Positions 1 through 12,535 of a DNA stretch of 64,000 nucleotides are shown here, in pieces. The stretch lies in the NCBI RefSeq assembly GCF_001194135.2, contig NC_068983.1:147654971-147718970 (forward strand), in the 5' to 3' direction. Below the pieces are notes generated by a model, which saw only the letters and a list, made by a program, of their open reading frames with translations, was not told the DNA's origin and made no database searches. Source of the stretch: Octopus bimaculoides (lineage: Eukaryota). Position numbers and translations under genes: made by a program. Every line of letters starts with the position of its first letter. Within the stretch, counting starts at the first letter, position 1.

Positions 1-280
1 CTCTGTCATCTGCAGAAACACCCTAATGTGTTCTCATTTAATTATGTTCGCTCAGGGAGTCCGTATATTTGTTGTTATTGTTTTTGTTGTATTGAAGTTT
101 CTTGTTTAGCTCCAAGAAAGGTATGAAAGAGCAGACCCATGATCGTAAGCATTATAACTGTGACCGTTTTGTTCAATCTATCCTTCACTTTTTAAGAGCG
201 TAATGGGGGAGCAAGACGTGATTTGAAAAGGATTTGGTTGTTATTTCTTGTAAATTGATTGGCAGCGTAAGGACTTCCCC

Positions 281-676
281 GTTTGCTCCTTGCAGTCATT
301 TGACTGCACACGTGCTGGAGCACCACCTTAAAGTTTTTTTTAGTCGAAAAAATCGACATCAAAACTTATTCTATGTAAACCTAGTACTTATTCTATGGGT
401 CACTTATGCCGAACCACTAAGTTGTGGGGACGTAAACATACCAACATCGATTGTCAAGCAATGGTAGGAGGACAAACACAGACACAAAGACACACGCATA
501 AATATATACTTATACGTATGTACGACAGGCTTCTTTGAGCTTCCGTCTACTAAATCTACCCACAAGGCTTTGATCAGCCGACGCTATAGTAGAAGACACC
601 TGCCCAAGGTTTCACGGAGTGGGACTGAACCCGAAACCATGTGGCTGGGAAGCAAACATCTTACCACATAGCCACG
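281..676 (-). mobile_element. tRNA-derived SINE, family A (CORE-like middle, internal microsatellite), near full length, diverged
   Basis: Alignable by eye to copies at 2225-2608 and 50026-50200/50993-51165: head cgtggctatgtggtaag...ggtttcgggttcagtcccact, accttgggcaggtgtcttctactatag, and 3' part ttacgtccccacaacttagtggttcggc. Confidence 0.85.
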
Positions 677-833
677 TATATATAGATAATTTTGCGGCTG
701 AGGATAGCTTTACATTGTAGATTATGCACATATTATATTATGTTATATTATATTATACACATGTAGAGCTTGAAACACGTGTACCGCGGAATCCTTTGTA
801 GTTTTGTTGTTATTCTTTTCTTTTGGATTTACA

Positions 834-835
<2 letters not shown>

Positions 836-869
<34 letters not shown>

Positions 870-1066
870 NNNNNNNNNNNNNNNNNNNNNNNNNNNNNNN
901 NNNNNNNNNNNNNNNNNNNNNNNNNNNNNNNNNNNNNNNNNNNNNNNNNNNNNNNNNNNNNNNNNNNNNNNNNNNNNNNNNNNNNNNNNNNNNNNNNNNN
1001 NNNNNNNNNNNNNNNNNNNNNNNNNNNNNNNNNNNNNNNNNNNNNNNNNNNNNNNNNNNNNNNATA

Positions 1067-1162
<96 letters not shown>
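836..1162. repeat. (TA)n microsatellite interrupted by an assembly gap (representative of about 20 microsatellite-flanked N gaps)
   Basis: TA runs directly on both sides of N 870-1063; the same pattern recurs at 29735-30028, 30667-30960, 41705-42002 and 54500-55278. Confidence 0.95.
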
Positions 1163-1163
<1 letters not shown>

Positions 1164-1717
1164 GGTGCTCCAGCATGACCGCAGCTGCATGGTTGAAACG
1201 AGTAAAAGAGTAAATGTGTGTGTGTGTGCGTATATGCGTGTGAGTCTGTATGGCCAGAAAGAAAGAGAAGTGAGAAATATCAAGCGACAAAAAGATAGAA
1301 AGACAGACTGGTCGATAGCTTCACTGAATTAAAGAACGAAAAAAGAGTAAATTCAAAGAAAGAAAGTGAAACAAACTTAAAGAAAATAAAGAGGTATTAA
1401 TCAAAAGCCTGCGAAGGCAAAGTAATTATTTCGCACCGAAAGCTACCAATATTCTGACTGTCCTTAAGGCACGAAGTAAACTAATAACAAAAAGCAGTTG
1501 TAAAGCTGAGTCGTTGGTTTTCTTGGCGGGAAGTCTTTAGTTGGAAGTTACAAATCAAACAGAATCAACAACAGTGTAACAGCATTAAACGTAATATGAC
1601 GTCCGATGCAGGTTTTGATATTAGAAAATATACGATCTCTATATAAAAACGAAAACGCCTGCGATTGCAGTCGTTTTCGAAAGTGCCAAATGCATGCGTA
1701 CATCGTGCGCATGTCTG

Positions 1718-1755
<38 letters not shown>

Positions 1756-2224
1756 CGTGTATGCGTGTGTGCCGGGGCGCGAGCGCGCTGAATTGTGTGT
1801 GTTTGTGTGCTGCGTCTGTAAGTGCACAAAGAGGTACGGTGAGTACAAGCGTAAGTGAGTTTAAGTTTGCATTTATCAAACACCTATCTATCATATATAC
1901 CTATGCATACATGCAGCTCATATATGCGCACGCACGTGTGTGTGTGTGTGTGTGTATACGCACACGCGCGTGAATATAAGTATTATTGGTCTGTAAGGTT
2001 ACATAAGCGATTTGATTCAAGGCCCAAGAGATCAATAGGTACAATTTGGTAAGCGCAATAAACGAAAATTTTCGGTTGTTGAATCACATATGCAGCTAAA
2101 CAAAAAAATATAATCTGTATAAACTCTTAGGCATGTAGTTCTATTCCTATAATACTGACTTGCCTCTCTCTCTATTTCTTTCTCCACCCTGTATATATAT
2201 ATATATATATATATATTGTCTATT

Positions 2225-2608
2225 ACTCTCTTTTGCTTGTTTCAGTCATTTGACTGCGGCCATGCTGAAGCACCGCTTTTAGTCGAGTAAATCGACCCCA
2301 GAGCTTATTCTTTGTAAGCCTAGTACATATTCTATCGATTTCTTTTGCCGAACCGCTAAGTTACGGGGACGTAAACACACCACCATCAGTTGTCAAGCGA
2401 TGTTGCGGGGACAAACACAGACACACAAACACGCACATATATATATACATATATACGACGGGCTTCTTTCAGTTTCCGTCTACCAAATCCACTCACAAAG
2501 CTTTGGTCGACCCGAGGCTATAGTAGAAGACACTTGCCCAAGGTGCCACGCAGTGGGACTGAACCCGGAACCATGTTGTTGGTAAGTAAGCTACTTACCA
2601 CACAGCCA
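2225..2608 (-). mobile_element. SINE family A, near full length, 5' end cut by N gap
   Basis: Reverse complement reads tggctgtgtggtaagtagcttacttaccaacaacatggttccgggttcagtcccactgcgtggcaccttgggcaagtgtcttctactatag...; very similar to 50026-50200. Confidence 0.9.
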
Positions 2609-3112
2609 NNNNNNNNNNNNNNNNNNNNNNNNNNNNNNNNNNNNNNNNNNNNNNNNNNNNNNNNNNNNNNNNNNNNNNNNNNNNNNNNNNNNNNNNNNNN
2701 NNNNNNNNNNNNNNNNNNNNNNNNNNNNNNNNNNNNNNNNNNNNNNNNNNNNNNNNNNNNNNNNNNNNNNNNNNNNNNNNNNNNNNNNNNNNNNNNNNNN
2801 NNNNNNNNNNNNNNNNNNNNNNNNNNNNNNNNNNNNNNNNNNNNNNNNNNNNNNNNNNNNNNNNNNNNNNNNNNNNNNNNNNNNNNNNNNNNNNNNNNNN
2901 NNNNNNNNNNNNNNNNNNNNNNNNNNNNNNNNNNNNNNNNNNNNNNNNNNNNNNNNNNNNNNNNNNNNNNNNNNNNNNNNNNNNNNNNNNNNNNNNNNNN
3001 NNNNNNNNNNNNNNNNNNNNNNNNNNNNNNNNNNNNNNNNNNNNNNNNNNNNNNNNNNNNNNNNNNNNNNNNNNNNNNNNNNNNNNNNNNNNNNNNNNNN
3101 NNNNNNNNNNNN

Positions 3113-3153
<41 letters not shown>

Positions 3154-3659
3154 CTTCTTCTAAGGAAGTAGCCGGTTTTTAAAGAAGGTACAAAGTCCCA
3201 TCGTTAGAATGTAAGATAACAAAAACAATGATACTTTTAAAACATAAGAAAATTTTACATATTTTTACTGTTCCACTTACAGATTGTATGTGTAATGTGC
3301 GAGTTAGTGGGATGATTTCTTCTCCTGAAAATCCAAGCTATTCCAAACTCTCAGTTAGGCATTTTATCACAAAACAATGTGCTGCAATTATTATTGGTAT
3401 AAATGTAAATTTGTAATCCGGATATAAAAGCTAGAGGTTTCGTAGTAGTTGTTCATAGATATTCTCTTTCTCTTTGATTTTCAAAGAGATATTCGCATCA
3501 ACAGGACAGCTGACCTCTGTGACAGTACATCTTTCAGGTCATTTTTCCTTAAATTATGCAAATTACTTTAGCCACAACTATGTTCTACTTCTTTTTTTCT
3601 TTTTATATAAGTCTAGGACCGTTGCCTACTGGAAATAATATCAAGATGAGCTAAAGGAA

Positions 3660-3840
3660 ATTACTGAGAGTGACCAGGATGCCCTTCCTGTCGCCAACAT
3701 GTACTTGTTTCCTTGTAAAGTAATATTTTCTCTTGGCCACACATATTTTCACGGAGGATTGGAAATGGAAGACAATGCTTATATGCCAGTGACACTCGTT
3801 TGCCTTTATCACACTGTCAAAGCAAGGGGACAGTAGCACA
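3660..3840 (+). mobile_element. Fragment of a retroposon tail (ggatgcccttcctgtcgccaac motif, RTE-associated SINE/LINE type)
   Basis: Contains ggatgcccttcctgtcgccaac...gtaatattttc, recalled as a common octopus interspersed repeat; no second copy in the window. Confidence 0.45.
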
Positions 3841-3870
3841 CACTCACACGATTATATATACATTTAAGAG

Positions 3871-4002
3871 AGGCTTATTTCAGTTTCCGTCCACCATATC
3901 CATTCACAAAGTTCTGGTCGGTTCCGGATTATAGTAGAAGACACTTGTCCCTAGCCATGCAGTGAGACTGAACCTGAAACCATAAGACTGGGAAGCAAAC
4001 TT
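3871..4002 (-). mobile_element. SINE family A, 5' part, diverged
   Basis: cagtttccgtccacca...atagtagaagacacttgtcc...gactgaacctgaaaccat matches the family A 5' half. Confidence 0.75.
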
Positions 4003-4127
4003 TATATGCATTTGTAAGTAGTAGGACAAAACGGCGATGGGAAATATATAAACTTTAGCCTAGTTCAAATATGCTTGTAACATATTTTAATTTCTGAAGT
4101 GAATTTCACATTGAGTATATATATGTG

Positions 4128-4262
<135 letters not shown>

Positions 4263-5188
4263 AAATAAACCTTGTGTTGAAACCATGGGAAACTTTCGGC
4301 GAAACTTGACCAGATTTCCATAGTTTTTACCAGATCATTGGGAGTCCTTCTCATGGAATTGATTAGATCTCCGAACGTTCATTTATTTACAGCTCATCCA
4401 CAAACACACTGTATCAACTCTACAGATATTTAGTGCGGGCGCATACACACGCACATAGTTACATGCATATTTACATAGAGACAATTATGCGAATAAACAA
4501 ATAAAACAGCTTGGGTTTGATATACAAACATAAAATACATGTATACATGTAAACAGAGAGAAAGCAAAAACTGGGAATATAGATATTTATATGCTAACAG
4601 AGCATACTTAAAAAGAATACAGACAGAAGAGAAAATTAAAGGGGAGACAGTATGCTCATGCAAATCTAGCAGCTGTTTCTGGGGAGCCATCTTGTTGGCA
4701 GATGTAGTTCACCAGAATATGCAGCCAGTAATGGAAGCAAACATACATGTCATATTTTTCTCTACCCTGAAAACGGAGGCTCAATTCATCCCATGTTTAT
4801 TGAACAGTTTTCAGTCTTTGCTTTCTCTCTATTTACATGGGCATACGTACAATTTTTTTCTATATTAAACCCAAGCAGATGTACTTGCTTATCCTCGATC
4901 AACTCTTGAACTCGAAAAGGGCGAAACGGGCCTCTCCTCTCCCGATCGGAAGCGGCCGTATATCGCAGCCATTGCGATGTGACGAATGCACAGTGCCAAG
5001 TGGGCCACTTTTGCTCACCCGGATTCCTCTTATCGCCACTCTTTACCCCGTGAACTTGGTACCTCGTAAAGACGTCAGAGCCTAAGCACAAATCACTTGA
5101 ACATTGCTATGTGTTTTCTGCATTAAGAATCTCCGAATGCCATCTGTTGACTCTACATACATACACACACATACATACATACATACAT

Positions 5189-5258
<70 letters not shown>

Positions 5259-5269
5259 CAATTAAATAT

Positions 5270-5990
5270 AAGGATAAAATCTATTTAAGATTATATCAAG
5301 TAGCCAGCGTGTAAGACCAATTAAGGAAAAAAAAAATAATACGAAGTATATAATATTTTAAAATACATTTTTTTCATTAAGAGCTGAATCCTTTAAAAGA
5401 ATTTCTTGTTTGTTCATTCCCTCGGCGCGTGTGTATATTTGATAAAGTAGTTTGACTTTAGCGTCCCTTTCCAGCGTGTGGCCATACTTATAGCAACAGC
5501 CTTTATGAAATAATTTTACATATATAAATATATATGCATAAAACAAAATAGAATGAAAAAAACTACAGAAGATTTGTATTATATGGTCGAAAAATATATT
5601 AAAATCGTCATGTTAGGAAAATGATATAAAATTTTGTGTATAGTTACATTGTCTTTGGAGAAATTACCGGTTTCGTACTTTCTTTTCAAATTTCTCAAAT
5701 TTCTTTATCGATATTGTGTCATCTATTCGTTATGGTGTGATGTAGAAGAGTTCGAAACAGGGGGAGGTAATCAGGAATTTTTTTTCGGTATAAGCGAGAT
5801 AATAAAAAATGTTGTGAATGATTAGGTTTTCTTAATTTAACATGATTTGGTTTTGATACAATAAAATGTTAGAAACGGTTAAGTTTTGGTTTATATTTTT
5901 CAAAGAGATAAGTTTCCTTATCTAAAAATGCTAGAAATAGTTAAGTTTTGTCTTATATTTTTCACTGAAGTAGGTTTCCCTATTTAATCT
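5270..5990 (-). mobile_element. Probable decayed Penelope-like element 3' tail
   Basis: Contains an HHR-like relic (minus strand ATAACGA...GTACGAAACCGGTA, 5664-5739) and a diverged ~62-bp tandem duplication at ~5878-5990; resembles PLE tails recalled from octopus. Confidence 0.35.
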
Positions 5991-6079
5991 AATTTGTGTT
6001 GGTGTTCCAATAGCACATTGATAAAATGGAAAGATTTTTATACATCCAGCCACGTGCTTTCACATACCAACTCTCTCAT

Positions 6080-6141
<62 letters not shown>

Positions 6142-6159
6142 GTATATACACCGTGGTAA

Positions 6160-6540
6160 CATCAGTCTTTTCTTCAATCATTAAGTTTTTCACATTTTTC
6201 AACATCAGAATCCATGCCTAAGTGTCCTAGCAAGAGTTGATTAAGTCCCAGCTTGTATCCCGTTAGCACTACCCCTTTCAGAGCTCGAATCTCCTAATTC
6301 ACAACTACATTGGTACAATCTCTGCAGTCTCCATAGCCAACTTCATTGCCTTCCACCTAGAAGCTCCTTCGATGCCAGTCATATTGCAAGCTATGCAGAA
6401 AGACTGAACTGCGAGCCCTCTGCATTCTACCTCGATGAGATCACACTTTGCTTGTCGTACATTCTATAAACATAGCTACAAACAGCTCAGCATATATTTT
6501 CCTCTTACTCTCATATTTGCTTCTTCAATGCGGTCCTCAA
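6160..6540 (-). mobile_element. Hero-clade (R2 group, restriction-like endonuclease) non-LTR retrotransposon 3' fragment
   Basis: Minus translation EDRIEEANMRVRGKYAEL, then after a frameshift AKCDLIEVECRGLAVQSFCIACNMTGIEGASRWKAMKLAMETAE; matches the RLE C-terminal pattern W-E-x-R-x-E-E-A...KY...IEVGCRG of Hero elements. Confidence 0.7.
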
Positions 6541-6652
6541 AAAAAATAATAAAAGACAGAGGCTTCTGACAGAATCAATTGCTTGACGCTTTTGACATCA
6601 GCACTTTATCCGATTTTAGTGATGAGGTGGCAGGAAAATTTGTACACCCGCG

Positions 6653-6689
<37 letters not shown>

Positions 6690-7926
6690 TGAGATTTTAT
6701 ATCAGAAACGTTTTTTTCTTTTACCACTATTATTAAAGAGAATTATTTTTTCCCCATTTACTGTGTTTCTGACCATTATTTGACAGTTGCTCGCCACAGA
6801 TATATTTTATCACTTAAGTGCACGTTAAGCAAAGCAATTTTATTAGTTTGTATTAAATATATAACTGATGTCGATTTTCGTTGGAGTTAGTGTTAAAAAT
6901 ATGCACTCACTTTAACTTGGAATATTTCAGCTGGAAGCTGAAACTTCACAAATTGTTATGCTGAGTCACCTCCTAACGATCGAATGATTATTGTCCTTTA
7001 ATCTAGCTCAAAACGATCAGTTAGGAATTAGATAAATATAGAAAAAGCCAAAGCCATTTAGTGAAAGAGCTTTACAAAGAACGGTTGGCAGTAATCTCAG
7101 CATTGTTGTTTTTGTTTATGTTCTTGGATGCTTGTGTTTCTACGTAAAATTTGAATACGAATAAATTTTACACTTAGCAAAAATCAAATGGTGGATAAAT
7201 TTATTGTAATAATTTCTTATTTAGTCCAGGGCTAAAAGTATGGAGGTGTTTGTCGATTAAATTAACCCCGGTACTTGACTGGTATTTTATCGCATATAAA
7301 ATTAGATTGTCCAATCTTGGATTTACTTCCTCATACAGTCATGATAGGTGTCCTTGAAATTTAGGCAGCAATTTGTACCTGTTTGAAAAATTTAAAAATA
7401 TCTTTCAAGGTATTCATGGATCTGAGATGTTAGGCTGCTGCGGATGCACTCCATAATTTTTACCTACAAACTATGTGCATTCAAATGGATAGTTTCGGAG
7501 ACATTTTCAAATTTTGAAAATTATGAATCACATCACCTCTGTTTATTTTTAAATGATTTAATAAAAATCAAAGCCACCTAAAAAATGTTGAGATTTATCC
7601 TTTAATCTCGGAAATGTTTACATATTGGAAATATTAATATAAATTTGTAAATTCTCGCAAGAAATTTCAGATATGTTTTTGTGTGAAGTACATCTTTTTA
7701 CTTAAATGTATCTTATCTACACAATATATCACATCTCCAAATAACGGTCCTGTTGTCCGCCAATAAGATCCTTGTGATGATATTTAAGCAGTTTCTCGGT
7801 ACATTTATTAAATAATAAATTTATTATTCCATTCTTCACAATCTCCCGAAGATAGGCAATGGGAGAAACTTGATGTTTCAGATTACAATGAATTACAGAA
7901 ATCTACTTTCAGTATTGAGTACTCTA

Positions 7927-8017
<91 letters not shown>

Positions 8018-8212
8018 GTGTGTATGTATGTATAAATACGCATGTAGATCCAAACATATTTCAATATATAAACGTACACGTATATGTACATAAAGTCTCT
8101 TTATTTCTCACTGTCTCTCCTTCCCGCTCTACCTTTTTGTGTGCGCGCCTGTATGTGTGTGTGCGTGTGCGCGCGCACGTACGCAAATACGCATGCACTG
8201 GTATATACGTTC

Positions 8213-8252
<40 letters not shown>

Positions 8253-8268
8253 ATATATATATACGTGC

Positions 8269-8307
<39 letters not shown>

Positions 8308-9251
8308 CTAATATGTGTGTATATTCATAAACACGCATGCACATGCACACACACATACAAACATATACATGGAGGCACGCACACGTATATGTTTATTTCT
8401 ATGCTCCAATACATCCATTCGCTTATACTTGCAGGCGTGCATGTTTCTATACTGATATATATCCATGTACATGTACTTACATGTACATGGATATCTTTTA
8501 TAGATGTACACAGAAGCTAAAGTGTGCATGTATTCATAGCTTATACATATATATAGAGATACATGCACACTTACGTGCATTCATACGTACAGACACATAT
8601 CTCCATATCTACATTTATACATACATATGAGCACCCATACATACATATCGCAATGGAAGACACGTGACAATATATTTTTTTGCCAGAGAAAAAGCAGAGG
8701 CGTGTTGAAACATAAGGAAACTGACACTTCCACTTACAGCTTAGGTTTTTACTTTTTCTTTCACTTTCGTTTTACACATTTTGAATAGCGAATTGATTTT
8801 TTTCCCTCCATTTTGTTTCTATTTTGTTTAGCTTTGTTTTCTCTTAAACGTTCCATTCTGCTTTTATTTGCCGTTTGACAGCCACTCATCCACTTGAGTT
8901 TATTGACTGGTTTGGCTTTCAACCAAAGTGTGTGCATTTAGATAAAATAGAAGACAAGCGAGCTTGATCGTGCCTGGAAAGGCGTCGTCAAAGAAAAGTG
9001 CTGGATAAACTTGATCCAACCGCTGTCATAAAAGTAGTTGGCCAACAATTCTGTCCGTCTTACATTTTCTGCAGTTAATCACCAATACGTTTTGTTCTTA
9101 GACAAATATCCGTCACCTAAGTTATATAAAAGTGAACATTCGTACGATTGCATTTATCTACATAAATGCACACGCACACATTCACACATGCATATATACA
9201 CACACACACATATATACATATGTGTACATATACATTTATATGAATATATAA

Positions 9252-9290
<39 letters not shown>

Positions 9291-9441
9291 NNNNNNNNNN
9301 NNNNNNNNNNNNNNNNNNNNNNNNNNNNNNNNNNNNNNNNNNNNNNNNNNNNNNNNNNNNNNNNNNNNNNNNNNNNNNNNNNNNNNNNNNNNNNNNNNNN
9401 NNNNNNNNNNNNNNNNNNNNNNNNNNNNNNNNNNNNNNNNN

Positions 9442-9553
9442 ATAGCCTTCACTTAATAAGTGTTAGTGTGCATTTAAATACAGAGATCTATCTAGGTAGC
9501 TAGATAGATCTCTGTATTTAAATGCACACTAACACTTATTAAGTGAAGGCTAT
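9442..9553. repeat. Perfect inverted repeat (54-bp arms, 4-nt loop GTAG) starting at a contig edge
   Basis: 9442-9495 is the exact reverse complement of 9500-9553 (checked base by base). Confidence 0.95.
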
Positions 9554-10769
9554 TTGATCAGCACATAAATGTGTACACACATCCTATACTCATGCACATA
9601 TGCACACACACGTGTGTGTGTATGTGTGTGTGTGTATGCATGCATTTATGTATGTATGATATAGAGACAGAGACATGTACTAAGAAATATATTTATTCAT
9701 AAAGGAGCGTATAATATTTTGTTAAATGTTTATCTCCCTCTCATACTTACCCTCTTCTTTCATCTTCATGTTGTCTGTTGTGAGCGTTTATGTGGGTGCG
9801 CATGCGTATATAATACATGCATACATGTATACATTTATACATACACACATACATATATATGTGTGTTTGTGTGTGCATATATATGTATATATATATGTAT
9901 GTATTTATATATATATGTACATTTGTATAAATACACACAGACACACACACCCACACACACATACACACACACACACACATACACACACGCATATGCATTG
10001 CGTATATTTAAATTCTCACTAAACTGCCACCATTCTTGCAGTCACTCATTCCATTAGCGTATCAAAGGCTCTCATCTTTCACCCACTGCTTATTTGTTGC
10101 TCCTCTATGATTCTATTACCTACATATACGTACATGCATAAAATTACATACAACCCTATATACGTGCGAGCTTTCACGCAAGTATATATATGTGTGTGTG
10201 TGCGTGTTTATATATATTTGAGTGTGTGTTTGTGTATGCTTATATATATATAGAAGTGTGTGTGTGCGTAGTGCTGGTTTGTGTATGCTTGGGGGTGCGT
10301 GTGTTTGTGTGTTCCTTTTTACCTTCATGTAGACGTGGACGAGAAGATAGGTTTCGGTATGCTCTAAGCATGTACATAGTCATTGTTTCGATTCTCGAGC
10401 GAGGTATTTAACGTCAGTTACACTTCGTGCCTGAATATATCATCGATGATAAAAGGCTCGCAGTAGAGTGAAAAAAGATCAAGCTTTCAGGGGCCATCTA
10501 TCTATCTATCTATCTATCTGTTTGTTTGTCTATCTGTATGTCTGTCCGTATGTGTGTCTGTGTATTTATGTTTCACTCTTTCTTTGTTTCTCCCCCTCTC
10601 TCTCTTTCTTTCTCTCTCTTTATCTCTCCGTATGTATGTATATATATATGTATATATATATATATATATATATACGCATACATGTATTATGCATATGTAC
10701 ATATACATTTTATTTTCCACGGGAAAGCTCTCTCTCTCTCCCCTTTTCCTCTTGCCTTCTTCTTCTTTC

Positions 10770-10808
10770 TGTGTATCCGACGAAAGACTATGTCCGAAAC
10801 GTTACACA
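10770..10808 (+). ncRNA. Decayed minimal type I hammerhead ribozyme motif (PLE tail)
   Basis: tgtgtat CCGACGA A AGAC TAT GTCC GAAAC GTT acaca, followed by a T-rich tail; U4 and G10.1 mutated. Confidence 0.5.
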
Positions 10809-11256
10809 TTTACTCTACAAATTTCTCTTTACAATTTTTTCCTTCTTTCTGCATCAACCTATTAACGTTAACTGTGAACGTCCCGAGCACTTTTGATTTT
10901 TTTATTATTTGGTTTTGTCTTTTGTTATTGATCTGCTTTATGTCGATATGTATGTTAACAAACAAGGTAAAACAAAACGTAAGATTGTTTATGATATTTC
11001 GTCACATCTTACATTTTGCTAACGTAAATTGATTAATGGTTATATAAGCTAAATTCAATTAGCAAAAATATTATCAATTGGCCCGAGATACCTAATTTTA
11101 TATGTAGCAATACTGGATTCAGGAGATGTTAACAGAATCAACCACCATGGAGATTGTCGCTTGTTCTTTATGTTTTTTTTTAATATATATTTGCTGCAAG
11201 TTGTTCATTTTTATGTGACCATATGCGTTTTCTTGAAGTCATATTCTTACTGATTG

Positions 11257-11617
11257 TGGAGGCGCAATGGCCCAGTGGTTAGGGCAGCGGACTCGCGGTG
11301 ATAGGATCACGGTTTCGATTCCCAGACCGGGCATTGTGAGTGTTTATCGAGCGAAAACACCTCAAAGCTCCACAACTTTCACTCTTACCTCCTGTTTCTG
11401 TTGTGCCTGTAATTCAAAGGGTCAGCCTTGCCACACTGTGTCACGCTGAATATCCCCGAGAACTACGTTAAGGNNNNNNNNNNAGCCTTGCCACACTGTG
11501 TCACGCTGAATATCCCCGAGAACTACGTTAAGGGTACACGTGTCTGTGGAGTGCTCAGCCACTTGCACGTTAAGTTCAACTGGAACCCTCGAAGTCGTAA
11601 GCGACGGAGTGCCAACA
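11257..11617 (+). mobile_element. tRNA-derived SINE, family B, with internal deletions and a gap-edge duplication
   Basis: Head tggaggcgcaatggcccagtggttagggcagcggactcgcgg...ggtttcgattcccagaccggg (A and B boxes); tail gcgacggagtgccaaca as in the copies at 35922, 48180, 49314 and 53208. Confidence 0.92.
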
Positions 11618-11927
11618 TTTTTACTGATTAAGGTCATTCCAGAAGTAGGATTATTAGGCAAGGAGAAGACATACGAACAAAAGTTATAGCAAGCTAGATA
11701 AGCGGGAGTCAACTAAAAACGTTTAGATATATGAACCGAAACACCAGCAATGAAATGAAACTAAATACGCTCAGGAAAGCAGCAGAAAATAATCAAACGC
11801 TTAGAACTTATTCCCTTTATCAAAGAGATGGAAAGTAATTAGAGAAGCAAGAAAGAATAAAAAGGAACGATACTGAATTTACGACTTCTGTTTGTATTAG
11901 GTCTTGCATCTTTTATTGCTTTTCATT

Positions 11928-11965
11928 TACTTTGAGAAAGGGCATAACTCGAAACGTTAGATTCT
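11928..11965 (+). ncRNA. Decayed hammerhead ribozyme-like motif
   Basis: TTGAGAA A GGG CATAA CTC GAAAC GTT aga; the CUGANGA box carries two substitutions; stem II is 3 bp. Confidence 0.35.
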
Positions 11966-12207
11966 CTCTTGTGCCTTTCGCTGGTGTATATATTTTCACT
12001 GTAAACATTTTCCCATTGTTGCTATTCCGTTACATACTTATGCGTTCTCTCAACCACTTGTTTCTATATTTTCGACTTATTTTTACTCCTCCTTTTACTA
12101 TAGTATTATTCGTTTTATCTGTGTGACGTACACACTCACACACACACACACACACAAACAAACACACACACACACACACACGCATGCACACGCACACACA
12201 CACGCAT

Positions 12208-12251
<44 letters not shown>

Positions 12252-12269
12252 GTGTGTGAGTGAAGGTGC

Positions 12270-12535
12270 GTGATTTAGTGGTTTGGGCGTTCGGATCACG
12301 ATCGGAAAGTTCTGTTCCCGACGGCGTTCGGATCACGATCGGAGAGTTCAGTTCCCGACGGCGTTTTGTGCCCTTAAGTAAAACGCTTTGTTTCACGTGT
12401 CTCCAATTCACTCAACAGGCCAAAATGAGTTGTACCTGTATTTCAAAGGACCACGCTTGTTACTTTCTGTGTCACGTTCAATCTCCCTGAGAACTATGTC
12501 AAAGGTACGTGTGTCTGTGGAGTGCTTAGCCACGA
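12270..12535 (+). mobile_element. SINE variant B' (different head and middle, shares the 3' module of family B), with a 37-bp tandem duplication in the head
   Basis: Middle gtgcccttaagtaaaacgctttgtttcacgtgtctccaattcactcaacagg, then gagttgtacctgtatttcaaagg...tgtgtcacg...ctgagaactatgtcaaaggtacgtgtgtctgtggagtgc, homologous to the family B 3' part. Confidence 0.75.

Noticed and set aside
8680-8725. ccagagaa aaagca gaggcg tgtt gaaac ata as a hammerhead
   Set aside because: No recognisable CUGANGA box and no GUH/UH site with a stem I; too degenerate.
11424-11533. 50-bp direct repeat inside a SINE
   Set aside because: Identical copies sit on either side of a 10-N gap, a typical unmerged contig-overlap artefact.
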